Source of the DNA: Allosphingosinicella sp.
GTDB lineage: Bacteria; Pseudomonadota; Alphaproteobacteria; Sphingomonadales; Sphingomonadaceae
Length of the DNA stretch: 64,000 nucleotides
Direction of reading: 5' to 3'
NCBI GenBank assembly: GCA_036525315.1
Contig: DATDAS010000047.1
Span: forward strand, 61,497 to 125,496
The notes under the pieces are model-generated. The model was given only the letters and a program-made list of their open reading frames with translations. It was not told where the DNA came from and made no database searches. Shown here piece by piece: positions 16,955 to 26,952 of the stretch (within the stretch, counting starts at the first letter, position 1; each line of letters begins with the position of its first letter). The position numbers and the translations under genes are program-made.

Positions 16955-19564
16955 CTATTCCGGCCGTTCCGCCGCCAGCGCCTTGAGCTTGTACACCAGG
17001 TCGAGTGCCTCGCGCGGGCTGAGCGCATCGGCATTCACCCCGGCCAGCGCCTCGTGGAGCGGATCGGGCGCCGCCTCCTCCTGGGGCGCGGCGGCGAAGA
17101 GGGGGAGGTCGTCGAGGCCCGCGGCTATCCCGCCGGTGGCGGCGCGTCCGACCTCGAGCTTGGCGAGCACCGAGCGTGCCCGGGCGAGCACCGGCGCGGG
17201 AAGGCCGGCGAGCTTGGCGACGGCGATCCCGTAGCTTCGGTCGGCGGGGCCGCTGGCGACCTCGTGGAGGAAGACGAGCTCGCCCTTCCATTCCCGCGCG
17301 CGGACGTGGCGGAGCGACAGAGCGTCGAGCCTTTCGGCGAGCCGGGTCAGCTCGTGATAATGGGTGGCGAACAGGCAGCGGCACTTGTTGCGGTCGTGGA
17401 CCGCCTCGGTGACCGCCCAGGCGATGGCGAGGCCGTCATAGGTCGAGGTGCCGCGCCCGACCTCGTCGAGGATGACGAAGCTCGACGGTGTGGCCTGCGA
17501 CAGGATCGCCGCGGTCTCGACCATCTCGACCATGAAGGTCGAGCGGCCGCGGGCGAGATTGTCGGAGGCGCCGACGCGGCTGAACAGCCGGTCGACCAGG
17601 CCGAGCTTCGCCTCGGCTGCGGGCGCGTAAGAGCCGGCCTGGGCGAGCAAAGCGATCAAGGCGTTCTGGCGGAGGAAGGTCGACTTGCCGCCCATGTTCG
17701 GGCCGGTGACGAGCCAGACGCGCTCCTGCTCGTTCAACTTGCAGTCGTTGGCCACGAAGCGCGCGCCGCTCGCCTTCAGCGCCTCCTCGACGACCGGATG
17801 GCGGCCGCCGACCACCTCGAAGCAGGCATGTCCGGCGAATCGCGGCCGGCACCAGCCGCCCTCGGCGGCGCGCTCGGCGAGGCCCGCGGCGACGTCGAGC
17901 CGGGCGAGAGCGTCGGCGGCGGCGGCGATCGGCTCGGCGCGGTCGAGCGCGGCCTGCTTCAATTCCTCGAGATGGGCGGCCTCGGCCGCGAGCGCGTGAT
18001 TGCCGGCCTGGGTGACCCGGACGGCCTGCTCGTGAAGATCGGGCGCGTTGAACCGCACGACTCCGGCCAGGGTCTGGCGGTGGGTGAAGCCCGAATCCGC
18101 CGCCATCAGCCGGTCGCCATGCTTGACCGGAACCTCGACATGATAGCCGAGGACCGCATTGTGCCGGATCTTGAGCACCGCGATCCCGGTCGAGGCGCGG
18201 TAGCGCGCCTCGAGCGCGGCGATGGCGCGCCGGCCCTCGCCGCCGGTGGCGCGAAGATCGTCGAGCGCTGCGTCATAGCCTTCGGCGATATAGCCGCCCT
18301 GGCTCGAATCGATCGGCGGCGAGGGGACGAGGGCCCGCGACAGAAGGTCGACCAAGGCGCCGTGGCCGGTGAGCGCGGGCAGGAGGCTTTCGAGCAAGGC
18401 GGGCGGATCGGGGAGAGCGGCGAGCCGGCCGTGGAGGCGGCGCGCCTCGTCGAGGCCGTCGCGAAGCTGGCCGAGATCGCGCGGCCCGAAGCGCCCGGCG
18501 ACGAGGCGCCCGAGTGCCCGGCCTATGTCGGGAAGCGCCTTCAATTGGCGGCGAAGCATGTCGCGCGCGCCCGAATCGCCCTCGAACAAAGCGACGAGAT
18601 CGAGCCTCGCCTCGATCGCGGCCCGGTCGAGCAAAGGCGCTCCGATGTCGGCGGCGAGGAGGCGCGCGCCGGCGCCGGTCACGGTCCGGTCGACCGAGGC
18701 GAGAAGGCTTCCAGCGCGCGCTCCGCCGGCCGAGGCGGTGAGCTCGAGGCTCTCGCGGGTCGCCGAATCGATCATCATATGGTCGCCCGACGCGCGCGGC
18801 ACGGGCGGGCGAAGGAAGGGGAGCGAGTCCTTCGCAACCTCGTCGAGATAGGAGAGAAGCCCGCCGGCCGCCGAGAGCGCGGCGCGATCGAAGGCGCCGA
18901 AGCCGTCGAGGGTGGCGACCTCGAACCTCTCCTTCAGCCGCCGCTCGGCGGCGACGCTGTCGAACCCGGCCTTGCGCTCGCGAACCTCGAGCCCGGGCAA
19001 AGGCTCGGGCGCGACGATCTCGGCGGGGGCAAGCCGCGCGAGCTCGGCGTCGAGGGAGAGGGCGGGCACCGATCCGAGCTCGAACCGCCCGGTCGAGACG
19101 TCGGCGGCGGCGAGGCCGAATCTCTCGCCGACCCTGGCGACCGCGACCAGCCAGTTGGCCGCGCGCGAATCGAGCAATGCCTCCTCGGTCAGGGTCCCGG
19201 CGGTGACGACCCGGACGATCGCCCGATTGACCACGGACTTGGAGCCCCGCTTGCGCGCCTCGGCGGGGCTTTCGATCTGCTCGGCGATCGCGACCCGGAA
19301 TCCGCCGCGGATCAGCCTGGCAAGATAGGATTCGGCGGCGTGGATCGGCACTCCGCACATCGGGATCTTCTCGCCCTCATGCTCGCCGCGCGCGGTGAGG
19401 GCGATGTCGAGGCAGGCCGCCGCGGACTTGGCGTCGTCGAAGAACAATTCGAAGAAGTCGCCCATCCGGTAGAAGAGCAGGCAATCGGGCGCCTCGGCCT
19501 TGAGCGCGAGATATTGCGCCATCATCGGCGTCGCTCCGCTCTCGCTCTGAACCCTTGCTGCCAT
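16955..19564 (-). CDS. mutS: DNA mismatch repair protein MutS
   Basis: N-terminal [34 protein letters not shown], Walker [22 protein letters not shown] and [16 protein letters not shown]. Confidence 0.97.
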   Translation of the reverse strand: MAARVQSESGATPMMAQYLALKAEAPDCLLFYRMGDFFELFFDDAKSAAACLDIALTARGEHEGEKIPMCGVPIHAAESYLARLIRGGFRVAIAEQIESPAEARKRGSKSVVNRAIVRVVTAGTLTEEALLDSRAANWLVAVARVGERFGLAAADVSTGRFELGSVPALSLDAELARLAPAEIVAPEPLPGLEVRERKAGFDSVAAERRLKERFEVATLDGFGAFDRAALSAAGGLLSYLDEVAKDSLPFLRPPVPRASGDHMMIDSATRESLELTASAGGARAGSLLASVDRTVTGAGARLLAADIGAPLLDRAAIEARLDLVALFEGDSGARDMLRRQLKALPDIGRALGRLVAGRFGPRDLGQLRDGLDEARRLHGRLAALPDPPALLESLLPALTGHGALVDLLSRALVPSPPIDSSQGGYIAEGYDAALDDLRATGGEGRRAIAALEARYRASTGIAVLKIRHNAVLGYHVEVPVKHGDRLMAADSGFTHRQTLAGVVRFNAPDLHEQAVRVTQAGNHALAAEAAHLEELKQAALDRAEPIAAAADALARLDVAAGLAERAAEGGWCRPRFAGHACFEVVGGRHPVVEEALKASGARFVANDCKLNEQERVWLVTGPNMGGKSTFLRQNALIALLAQAGSYAPAAEAKLGLVDRLFSRVGASDNLARGRSTFMVEMVETAAILSQATPSSFVILDEVGRGTSTYDGLAIAWAVTEAVHDRNKCRCLFATHYHELTRLAERLDALSLRHVRAREWKGELVFLHEVASGPADRSYGIAVAKLAGLPAPVLARARSVLAKLEVGRAATGGIAAGLDDLPLFAAAPQEEAAPDPLHEALAGVNADALSPREALDLVYKLKALAAERPE

Positions 19565-19614
19565 GGCCGAAGCGTAAAGGCTTGGCGCCCGGCATGGAAC
19601 GCCGAATCTGGTCC

Positions 19615-21180
19615 TCAGCCCTCGGAGGCGGCAAGGCGGATCGTGAAGACCGCGCCTTTGTCCGCGGGCTCGGACTCGATGCTCCCGCCGGTCGCGTTGA
19701 GGAGCGAGCGGGCGATGGAGAGGCCGAGGCCGGTGCCGCCCGAGGCGCGGCGCCCGGTGAAGAAGGGCTCGAAGATTCGCTCGCGGTCGGCCTCGACGAT
19801 CCCGCTTCCGTCGTCGGCGATCCTGAGAAGGATTCCTTCGCCCTGCTTCCGGGCCGAAACCAGGACACGGCCGGCGCCGGCATGGCGGCTATTGTCGAGC
19901 AATGTCTCGACGACGGTTTCGAGGACCTCCGGCGGGATCCGCGCCGGCGGAAGCTCTTCCTCGATGTCGAGCTCGACGGCGAATTCGGGCGTGCGGAAGG
20001 CGTCGGCCAGAGCGCGAAGCCGGTCGCCGACATCGGCCCGGCTGGCGGCATCGAACATGGCCATGTCGGCGCGGGCGAGATCGAGGAGGCGCTGGACCAG
20101 CCGCGACAGCCGGTCGGCGTCGGCGGAGGCGTTGGCGATGAACTTCCTCCGCTCCGCCTTGCTCATCCCCTCGCCATGCTCGTCGAGAAGCTCGAGCGCG
20201 CCGCGCATTCCGGCGATCGGAGTCTTGAACTCGTGGCTGACCGCCGCGGCGAAGTCGCGAAGGTAGCGCGAGCGCTGGGCGATCCGCTCGGCCATCAGCG
20301 CGAAATTCTCGTAGAGGGCGCGGATCTCGAGCGCCGCGGTGGCCGGCGGCTCGGGGACGTGGACGATCCCGCGGGCGACGTCCTGGGTCGCCCTGGTGAG
20401 AGCGTCGATCGGCCGCGCGATCCCGCGCGACAACAGGCCGGCGAGAACGACCAGGGTCAGGAAGATCAATCCGATTCCGAGGGCGATCTTGCCCCGGTCC
20501 TGGTAGATTCCGACGAACAGCCCGCGCGGGCTTCGCGACAGCATCACCATTCCGATCAGCTGCCCGTCGTTCATCACCGGCCGGACGTGGTGGACCCGGA
20601 TCGACGCCGCCCGGCTCAGCGTCTCGAGGAAGTAGCGCGGCGCATATTCGCCGCGAGTCCTGAGCAGCGTCGAGGTGCGCCCCTCGAGCGCCGTCCGAAC
20701 CTCGGGAAGCCCCGCATAGGATCGGCCGACATCGCCGGTTCCGAGCACGACCACACCCCGCCGGTCGAGAAGCCGGGTCGCCGCCAGGGTGACCTGGTGC
20801 GAATCGGCGACGACGGGCGCGAGGATTCGCGCGACCTCGACCGAATGGGGGTCCGCCGGGCCGGCCGGCGCGGCGTCGGGCTGCGGCGGAAGGATCGGAT
20901 TGGTTCGCAGATCGATCCGGGGAGGCTCGGGCGAGAGCCTGCGCGGCGCCTTGTCCTCCGCCCCATCCCGCCACAAGGCGCGATAGGCCGAGCCGATCAC
21001 CGCGCTCTGGGCGATCAGCTCGGCCTCGGTCTGCTGGACGAGGGTATTCTCGTAGACCCGAAGGAACATGGCCGCGATCCCGGGAAGGGCGGCGACGAAC
21101 AGCAGTGTCCCGAACAGGATCGTCCTCAGGCTGAGGACCGGCCAATGGCGCTTCAGAAGCTCCTTGGCAGGCCTGATCAA
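19615..21180 (-). CDS. Sensor histidine kinase (two-component system)
   Basis: N-terminal TM segment, a second TM after a periplasmic-like region, H-box [14 protein letters not shown], and ATPase G-boxes DDGSGI and [11 protein letters not shown]. The TTG start overlaps the response-regulator stop (TTGA at 21177-21180). Confidence 0.88.
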   Translation of the reverse strand: MIRPAKELLKRHWPVLSLRTILFGTLLFVAALPGIAAMFLRVYENTLVQQTEAELIAQSAVIGSAYRALWRDGAEDKAPRRLSPEPPRIDLRTNPILPPQPDAAPAGPADPHSVEVARILAPVVADSHQVTLAATRLLDRRGVVVLGTGDVGRSYAGLPEVRTALEGRTSTLLRTRGEYAPRYFLETLSRAASIRVHHVRPVMNDGQLIGMVMLSRSPRGLFVGIYQDRGKIALGIGLIFLTLVVLAGLLSRGIARPIDALTRATQDVARGIVHVPEPPATAALEIRALYENFALMAERIAQRSRYLRDFAAAVSHEFKTPIAGMRGALELLDEHGEGMSKAERRKFIANASADADRLSRLVQRLLDLARADMAMFDAASRADVGDRLRALADAFRTPEFAVELDIEEELPPARIPPEVLETVVETLLDNSRHAGAGRVLVSARKQGEGILLRIADDGSGIVEADRERIFEPFFTGRRASGGTGLGLSIARSLLNATGGSIESEPADKGAVFTIRLAASEG

Positions 21181-21887
21181 AGGCAGGCGCCGATCCGGTA
21201 GCCGATCCCGGCGCGGGTCTCGATCAGGTCCGAGCAGCCGGCCGCCGCGAACTTGGCGCGAAGGTTGCGGACATGGCCGTCGACGGTGCGGTCGGTGATC
21301 GCGAAGCCCGGTCCGTGAAGCCGGTCTATGATCGTGTCGCGCGAGAAGACCCGCGACGGCGCCGACGCGAGAAGGAGGAGGAGCTGGAACTCGGTCGCGG
21401 TGGTCGGCACCCTGGCGCCGTCGAGACGCGCCTCCCAGCCCTCGGGATCGAGCGACAGGCGCCCGCGCACGACCATCGGGGGCGCACCCTCGCTTTCCGC
21501 CGCCGACTTGCCGCCGCTCCGCTTCAATATCGCTCCGACCCGGGCGACGACCTCGCGTGGGCTGAACGGCTTGACGACATAATCGTCGCCGCCGATCTCG
21601 ATCCCGACGATCCGGTCGATGTCATCGTCGCGCGAGGAGAGGAAGAGGATCGGAAGGCCCGACTGGGCTCCGCCCGAGGCGCGGAGCCTTCGGCAGACGT
21701 CGAGCCCGTTGAGGCGCGGAAGGTTGATGTCGAGGACCATCAGGTCCGGCGGCCGGGCCTCGACCGCGGCGAGCGCCTCCTCGCCGTCGGCGGCCTGGTC
21801 GACCTCCATGCCCGATTTGGCGAGAGCGAAGCTGAGCAGATCCCGGATATGGGGATCGTCGTCGACGACGAGGATGCGGTGGGCCAT
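21177..21887 (-). CDS. OmpR-family response regulator
   Basis: Receiver domain (HRILVVDDDPHIRDLL, DLMVLDINLPRLNG, KPFSPRE) and a winged-helix C-terminus (TATEFQLLLLLA ... VDGHVRNLRAKF). ATG 21887 was chosen inside ORF 21177-21950. Confidence 0.92.
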   Translation of the reverse strand: MAHRILVVDDDPHIRDLLSFALAKSGMEVDQAADGEEALAAVEARPPDLMVLDINLPRLNGLDVCRRLRASGGAQSGLPILFLSSRDDDIDRIVGIEIGGDDYVVKPFSPREVVARVGAILKRSGGKSAAESEGAPPMVVRGRLSLDPEGWEARLDGARVPTTATEFQLLLLLASAPSRVFSRDTIIDRLHGPGFAITDRTVDGHVRNLRAKFAAAGCSDLIETRAGIGYRIGACL

Positions 21888-22129
21888 CGCCTTACTGAGT
21901 GTCACCTCGGGCGCCCCGAGGTCAATCGCCCGCTCTGCGCCGCATATCATGTTCCGCTCCTGTCGCTTGTCCGGCTCTCTTGTGACGAGCGGCGATGGCG
22001 CAGCGGTCCGCCGCGCATGCGATTGGAATGGCGCCGATATGCGGATTCGATGCGCGAGGGCGGAAGCCTAAGGCTTGCCCCGGTCGTCGTTACGCCTTTA
22101 GAGCAGCGCCAAAAGCCCGGGAGAGCGCG

Positions 22130-24394
22130 ATGAGCGAAGGCAGCAACGTCAAATTCTCGGAACAGGAAGCGCTCGACTTCCACCGGCTCGGGCGGCCCGG
22201 AAAGATCGAGATCATCGCCTCCAAGCCGATGGCGACGCAGCGCGACCTCAGCCTCGCTTATTCGCCCGGAGTCGCGGTCCCGGTCCGCGCCATCGCCGAA
22301 GATCCCGCCGCGGCCTATGATTATACCGCCAAGGGCAATCTCGTCGCGGTCATCTCCAACGGCACCGCGATCCTCGGCCTCGGCAATCTCGGTGCCCTCG
22401 CGTCCAAGCCGGTGATGGAAGGCAAGGCGGTGCTGTTCAAGCGCTTCGCCGACGTCGATTCGATCGACATCGAGCTCGCCACCGAGGATCCCGACGCCTT
22501 CATCGAGGCGGTGGCGCTGATGGAGCCGAGCTTCGGGGGAATCAATCTCGAGGACATCAAGGCCCCGGAATGCTTCATCATCGAGCAGACGCTGCGCGAG
22601 CGTATGAACATCCCGATCATGCACGACGACCAGCACGGCACCGCGATCATCACCGCGGCCGGGCTGATCAACGCCTGCTATCTGACCGGGCGCGACTTCA
22701 AGGACGTGCGTGTGGTGGTGAACGGCGCCGGGGCCGCGGCGATCGCCTGCACCGAGCTGATCAAGGCGATGGGCGTGCGCCACGACCATGTGCTGATGCT
22801 CGACCGCAAGGGCGTGATCTATCAGGGCCGCGAAGGGCTCGACCAGTGGAAGTCGGCCCATGCCGCGGTGACCGACCGGCGCACCCTCGAGGAAGCGCTG
22901 GAGGGCGCCGACATCTTCCTCGGCCTGTCGGCGGCGGGCGCGGTCAAGCCCGAGATGGTGATGAAGATGGCGGACAGGCCGATCATCTTCGCGATGGCCA
23001 ATCCCGACCCGGAGATTACGCCGCCCGAGGCCAAGGCGGCCAGGCCCGACGCGATCGTCGCCACCGGCCGCTCGGACTATCCGAACCAGGTGAACAACGT
23101 GCTCGGATTCCCCTTCATCTTCAGAGGCGCCCTCGACGTCCGGGCGACGACGATCAACGACGCGATGAAGATCGCCGCCGCGGAGGCGCTCGCCGACCTC
23201 GCCCGTCAGCGGGTCCCCGAGGAAGTGGCGGCGGCCTATGGCGGCACCGCGCACAGCTTCGGCGCCGATTACATCATTCCGGCCCCCTTCGATCCGAGGC
23301 TGATGGAGGTCGTCCCCGCCGCCGTCGCCAAGGCGGCGATGGACAGCGGAGTCGCGCGCTTCCCGATCAAGGATCTCGCCGCTTACCGGACGGCGCTCAA
23401 GTCCCGGCTCAACCCGACCACGGCGGTCCTCTCGCTCGCCTACGAGGCGGCGCGCGCCAACCCGAAGCGGGTCCTGTTCGCCGAGGGCGAGGAGGAAGTG
23501 GTGCTCCGGGCCGCGATCGCGTTCCGGGAGGGCGGCTACGGAATCCCGATGCTGGTCGGCCGCGACGACGTTCATGAGCGGCTTCGGGCGCTCGGGGTCG
23601 ACGATCCGTCGGGCTTCGAGCTGATCAACAGCCGCAATTACGGGCGGGTGCCGGAGATGGTCGAATATCTCTACGCCCGGCTCCAGAGGCGCGGCTATCT
23701 CCACCGCGAGATGGAGCGGATGGTCAACCAGGACCGCAACACCTTCGCGGCGCTGATGCTCGCGCTTGGCGAGGCCGACGTGATGATCACCGGAGTCACC
23801 CGCCCCTACGCCCAGAGCATCCGCCAGGTGCGTCGCGTGCTCGATCCCAAGGAGGGCTGCACGCCGTTCGGGATCCACGTGCTGGTCGGCCAGAGCCACA
23901 CCGTCTTCATCTCCGACACGACGGTCACCGAGCGGCCCTCGGGCGAGCAGCTCGCCGAGATCGCCATCCAGACCGCCCAGGTCGCGCGCCGGATGGGACA
24001 CGAGCCGCGGGTCGCCTTCCTGTCCTATTCGACCTTCGGCAATCCCGAGGGCACGTTCCTCGAGCGGGTCCGCGACGCGGTCCGGATCCTCGACACGCGC
24101 GAGGACGTCGATTTCGAATATGAAGGCGAGATGCCGCCGGACGTCGCGCTCAATCCGGTGATGCAGAAAATCTACCCGTTCAGCCGGCTCACCGGCCCGG
24201 CCAACGTTCTGGTCATGCCGGGCCTCCAGACCGCCAACATCTCGGCCAAGCTGCTCCGCGAGCTCGGCGGCGACGCGGTGATCGGCCCGATGCTGGTGGG
24301 AATGGAGAGACCCGTCCAGGTCGCCGCGATGACCGCGACGGCCTCGGACCTGGTGACCCTGGCGGTTCTGGCCGCCGGAGGGATCGTAAGATAG
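22130..24394 (+). CDS. maeB: NADP-dependent malic enzyme with a C-terminal phosphotransacetylase-like domain
   Basis: ALDFHRLGRPGKIEI, LSLAYSPGVA, the NAD(P) site VVVNGAGAAAIA, and a PTA-like C-terminal half of about 330 aa. ATG 22130 (GGGAGAG upstream) was chosen inside ORF 21995-24394. Confidence 0.94.
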   Translation: MSEGSNVKFSEQEALDFHRLGRPGKIEIIASKPMATQRDLSLAYSPGVAVPVRAIAEDPAAAYDYTAKGNLVAVISNGTAILGLGNLGALASKPVMEGKAVLFKRFADVDSIDIELATEDPDAFIEAVALMEPSFGGINLEDIKAPECFIIEQTLRERMNIPIMHDDQHGTAIITAAGLINACYLTGRDFKDVRVVVNGAGAAAIACTELIKAMGVRHDHVLMLDRKGVIYQGREGLDQWKSAHAAVTDRRTLEEALEGADIFLGLSAAGAVKPEMVMKMADRPIIFAMANPDPEITPPEAKAARPDAIVATGRSDYPNQVNNVLGFPFIFRGALDVRATTINDAMKIAAAEALADLARQRVPEEVAAAYGGTAHSFGADYIIPAPFDPRLMEVVPAAVAKAAMDSGVARFPIKDLAAYRTALKSRLNPTTAVLSLAYEAARANPKRVLFAEGEEEVVLRAAIAFREGGYGIPMLVGRDDVHERLRALGVDDPSGFELINSRNYGRVPEMVEYLYARLQRRGYLHREMERMVNQDRNTFAALMLALGEADVMITGVTRPYAQSIRQVRRVLDPKEGCTPFGIHVLVGQSHTVFISDTTVTERPSGEQLAEIAIQTAQVARRMGHEPRVAFLSYSTFGNPEGTFLERVRDAVRILDTREDVDFEYEGEMPPDVALNPVMQKIYPFSRLTGPANVLVMPGLQTANISAKLLRELGGDAVIGPMLVGMERPVQVAAMTATASDLVTLAVLAAGGIVR

Positions 24395-24395
24395 A

Positions 24396-24456
24396 TCGTC
24401 ATCCCGGCCCTTCGACGCCGCCTGCGGCGTCGCTCAGGATAAACTGCGGCCGGGAT
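24396..24456. repeat. 61-bp REP-like element, copy 1 (identical to 26172-26232), starting 2 nt after the maeB stop; a related GATCCCGGCCTTCGCCGGGATGAC unit follows near 24492-24515
   Basis: TCGTCATCCCGGCCCTTCGACGCCGCCTGCGGCGTCGCTCAGGATAAACTGCGGCCGGGAT was read identically at both loci. Confidence 0.85.
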
Positions 24457-24513
24457 CTCAGGTCGTTAGGGCACGGCGGGTGAGCCGAGATCCCGGCCTT
24501 CGCCGGGATGACG

Positions 24514-24990
24514 TCAGCGGGGATTGTCCCGCGATTCGCCCTGCTGGCCGCTCTGGCCGACGGTCCCGATATTGCCGAACAGCTCTTCGAGCAGGCTCCG
24601 GTCCTGGCCGAGGGTCGGGGTCTTGTCGCCGCTCGGATCGATCGAGGCCACCTGCTCCATTCCGCGGCGGTCGACGGCGGTGACGTTGCCGGCCTGGTCG
24701 AAGCGCACGCGAAGGATGGTCTGATCGTTGGGGCGCGGCATGTTGAAGGCGAGATTCTTTGTGCTTCGCGACACGTAGAACCAGTCATTGTCGTTGAACT
24801 GGCCGGTGAAGCTCGGGCGGCCGAGCGTGTTCATCACCGATTCCTTGTTGTCGACACCGGGCTGGATCGCGGTGACCAGGGCCTCGTCGACGACATAGCC
24901 GGTCCGGTCCTCGATCTTGGAGCAGCCCGCGAGCAGAAGCCCGGCGGCCGCGGCGGCCATGGCATAGCTTCGTGCGTGGCGAAGGATCAT
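24514..24990 (-). CDS. bamE: Outer membrane protein assembly factor BamE (SmpA/OmlA lipoprotein)
   Basis: Lipobox LLLAGC after a short signal peptide, then the SmpA/OmlA-like core VTAIQPGVDNKESVMNTLGRPSF ... WFYV. ATG 24990 with AGGAG upstream, chosen inside ORF 24514-25098. Confidence 0.85.
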   Translation of the reverse strand: MILRHARSYAMAAAAAGLLLAGCSKIEDRTGYVVDEALVTAIQPGVDNKESVMNTLGRPSFTGQFNDNDWFYVSRSTKNLAFNMPRPNDQTILRVRFDQAGNVTAVDRRGMEQVASIDPSGDKTPTLGQDRSLLEELFGNIGTVGQSGQQGESRDNPR

Positions 24991-25116
24991 ATTGGAAAAA
25001 CTCCTGGAAAATCGCCGTGTGCCGGCTGCGCCTTGCGGCCGCTTCCCCGGTGCAATATCCGACAAAAGCTGAACGGCGCAAGTACGCGCCTTCCCCACGC
25101 ACCCGGAAACGCCGCC

Positions 25117-25635
25117 TTGCTGTCACGCCTGTTCGGAGAAAGAAAGGAACGCGCCCGGCTCGACCCGCTCTACCGCGCGGTCGTCGCCGCCGGCCGCGAC
25201 CCGATCTGGTATCGGGAAGGCGGGGTGCCCGACAGTGTCGACGGCCGCTTCGACATGATCGCCTCGATCCTCGCTTTGCTTCTGATCCGGCTCGAGCGGG
25301 AGGGCGACTCCGCGCGGACGGAGTCGGTGCTTCTCACCGAGAGCTTCATCGACGACATGGATTCGAGCCTTCGCCAGATCGGGATCGGCGACTTCGTCGT
25401 CGGCAAGCATGTCGGGCGCCTGATGGGCGCGCTCGGCGGACGGCTCGACGCCTTCCGGACCGCATTGGCCGGGGACGGGGACCTGACGGAGCCGGTCCGG
25501 CGCAACGTCTTCCGCGACTCGCCGCCTTCGCCGGAGGCGGTGCATTTCGTGGCGGCCGGGCTGGGTCGATTCCATCAGGGTCTCGATGCCCTGTCGCTGG
25601 AACAAATGCTCGGCGGGGCGCTTCCCGCCATATGA
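25117..25635 (+). CDS. Ubiquinol-cytochrome c chaperone family protein
   Basis: Family-like sequence DGRFDMIASILALLLIRLEREG ... LTESFIDDMDSSLRQIGIGDFVVGKHVGRLMGALGGR. The start is uncertain; TTG 25117 is the first plausible in-frame start downstream of bamE. Confidence 0.65.
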   Translation: MLSRLFGERKERARLDPLYRAVVAAGRDPIWYREGGVPDSVDGRFDMIASILALLLIRLEREGDSARTESVLLTESFIDDMDSSLRQIGIGDFVVGKHVGRLMGALGGRLDAFRTALAGDGDLTEPVRRNVFRDSPPSPEAVHFVAAGLGRFHQGLDALSLEQMLGGALPAI

Positions 25636-26162
25636 TCCCGAAGCCCGAATTCAGCCGCGCGGTACGAGTCGACACGATCGGCGCGGAACCGCGCGCAATC
25701 GAGATCGCCGCCGAGCCGGAGGAGCGCGAGGCGCTCGCGAGGCGATTCGGACTGGTCGCCGTGGATAGGCTTTCGGCCGGCGCGGCGCTCAGCCGCAACG
25801 GCCAGACCATTGTCGCCGAGGGCCGGATGAAGGCCGAGGTGACCCAGAGCTGCGTCGCCACCGCCGCGCCGCTGGAGGCGAAGCTCGACGAGCCGTTCCG
25901 GATCGAGTTCCGCCCTCAGCCGGACCCCGCCGCCGCCGACGAGGAGATCGAGCTCAGCGAGAGCGAGATGGACGTGGTCTTCTACGATTCCGCCTCGATC
26001 GATCTGGGCGAAGCGGTGGCGGAGACCCTGTCGCTCAGCCTCGATCCCTATCCCCGGGCCCCCGGCGCGGAAGAAATTCTCAAGGCGGCCGGAGTGAAGG
26101 GCGAGGAGGAAGCGGGTCCGTTCGCGGCGCTTGCGGCGCTGAAGGATAAATTGGGGAAGTAA
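25632..26162 (+). CDS. YceD/DUF177 family protein (large ribosomal subunit accumulation protein-like)
   Basis: ATGA overlap with the upstream gene at 25632-25635. Typical DUF177 features are present: QSCVATAAPLE, acidic EIELSESEMDVVFYD, and LGEAVAETLSLSLDPYPR. Confidence 0.82.
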   Translation: MIPKPEFSRAVRVDTIGAEPRAIEIAAEPEEREALARRFGLVAVDRLSAGAALSRNGQTIVAEGRMKAEVTQSCVATAAPLEAKLDEPFRIEFRPQPDPAAADEEIELSESEMDVVFYDSASIDLGEAVAETLSLSLDPYPRAPGAEEILKAAGVKGEEEAGPFAALAALKDKLGK

Positions 26163-26171
26163 CTCGCGTCT

Positions 26172-26232
26172 TCGTCATCCCGGCCCTTCGACGCCGCCTG
26201 CGGCGTCGCTCAGGATAAACTGCGGCCGGGAT
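26172..26232. repeat. 61-bp REP-like element, copy 2 (identical to 24396-24456), 10 nt after the stop of the DUF177 gene
   Basis: Direct, same-orientation exact copy. Further REP-like hairpins follow at about 26262-26290 (CCCCGGCCTCCGCCGGGG) and 26305-26329 (CGTCACGCGA-N5-TCGCGTGACG). Confidence 0.85.
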
Positions 26233-26425
26233 GTCAGCGAGGATAGCTCACGGCAGGCGACACCAGACCCCGGCCTCCGCCGGGGTGACGAGAACGTCGG
26301 TGGCCGTCACGCGAGTGAATCGCGTGACGTCAGTCGGCTCTGCGAGCCGCTGGCCGGCCAGCGCGCTCTCTACGCGCTGCTCGACGATCGCGTGGCGATC
26401 CTCTCGCTGCGCTCGGGCGCTTGGC

Positions 26426-26899
26426 TCAGAACGGAACGTCGTCGTCCAGGTCGCTGTCGAAGGCCGGCGCGGGGCGCGACTGGGGACGGCTCGAGCCGCT
26501 TCCGCCGAAGCCGCCGCTGCTGTCGCCGCCGTCGTCATAGCCTCCGCCGCCCTCGCGCTTGTCGAGCAATACGAGCTCGCCGCGGAAGCGCTGGAGAACC
26601 ACCTCGGTCGAATATTTGTCGGCGCCCGACTGGTCCTGCCATTTGCGGGTCTGAAGCTGGCCTTCGAGATAGACCTTCGATCCCTTGCGAAGATAGGATT
26701 TGGCCACCTTCCCGAGATTCTCGTTGAAGATCACCACCCGGTGCCATTCGGTCCGCTCCTGGCGGTTGCCGTCGCGGTCCTTCCAGTTCTCGGACGTCGC
26801 GACCCGCAGATTGACCACCTCGCCGCCATTGTTGAGCGAGCGCGCCTCGGGATCGTCGCCGAGATTGCCTACCAGGATCACCTTGTTCACGCCCGCCAT
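26426..26899 (-). CDS. ssb: Single-stranded DNA-binding protein
   Basis: OB-fold N-terminus [18 protein letters not shown] ... TEWHRVV, a Gly-rich linker, and the acidic tip DLDDDVPF. Confidence 0.97.
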   Translation of the reverse strand: MAGVNKVILVGNLGDDPEARSLNNGGEVVNLRVATSENWKDRDGNRQERTEWHRVVIFNENLGKVAKSYLRKGSKVYLEGQLQTRKWQDQSGADKYSTEVVLQRFRGELVLLDKREGGGGYDDGGDSSGGFGGSGSSRPQSRPAPAFDSDLDDDVPF

Positions 26900-26952
26900 C
26901 GTCCGTCTCTCCCTGAATCGCTTGAGCGATCACACTAGCGGCTGGAGCAGCC

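Noticed and set aside
26231-26938. 235-aa plus-strand ORF overlapping ssb.
   Set aside because: It lies opposite an unmistakable ssb gene (OB fold plus DDDVPF tail) and its upstream part runs through REP-like hairpins.
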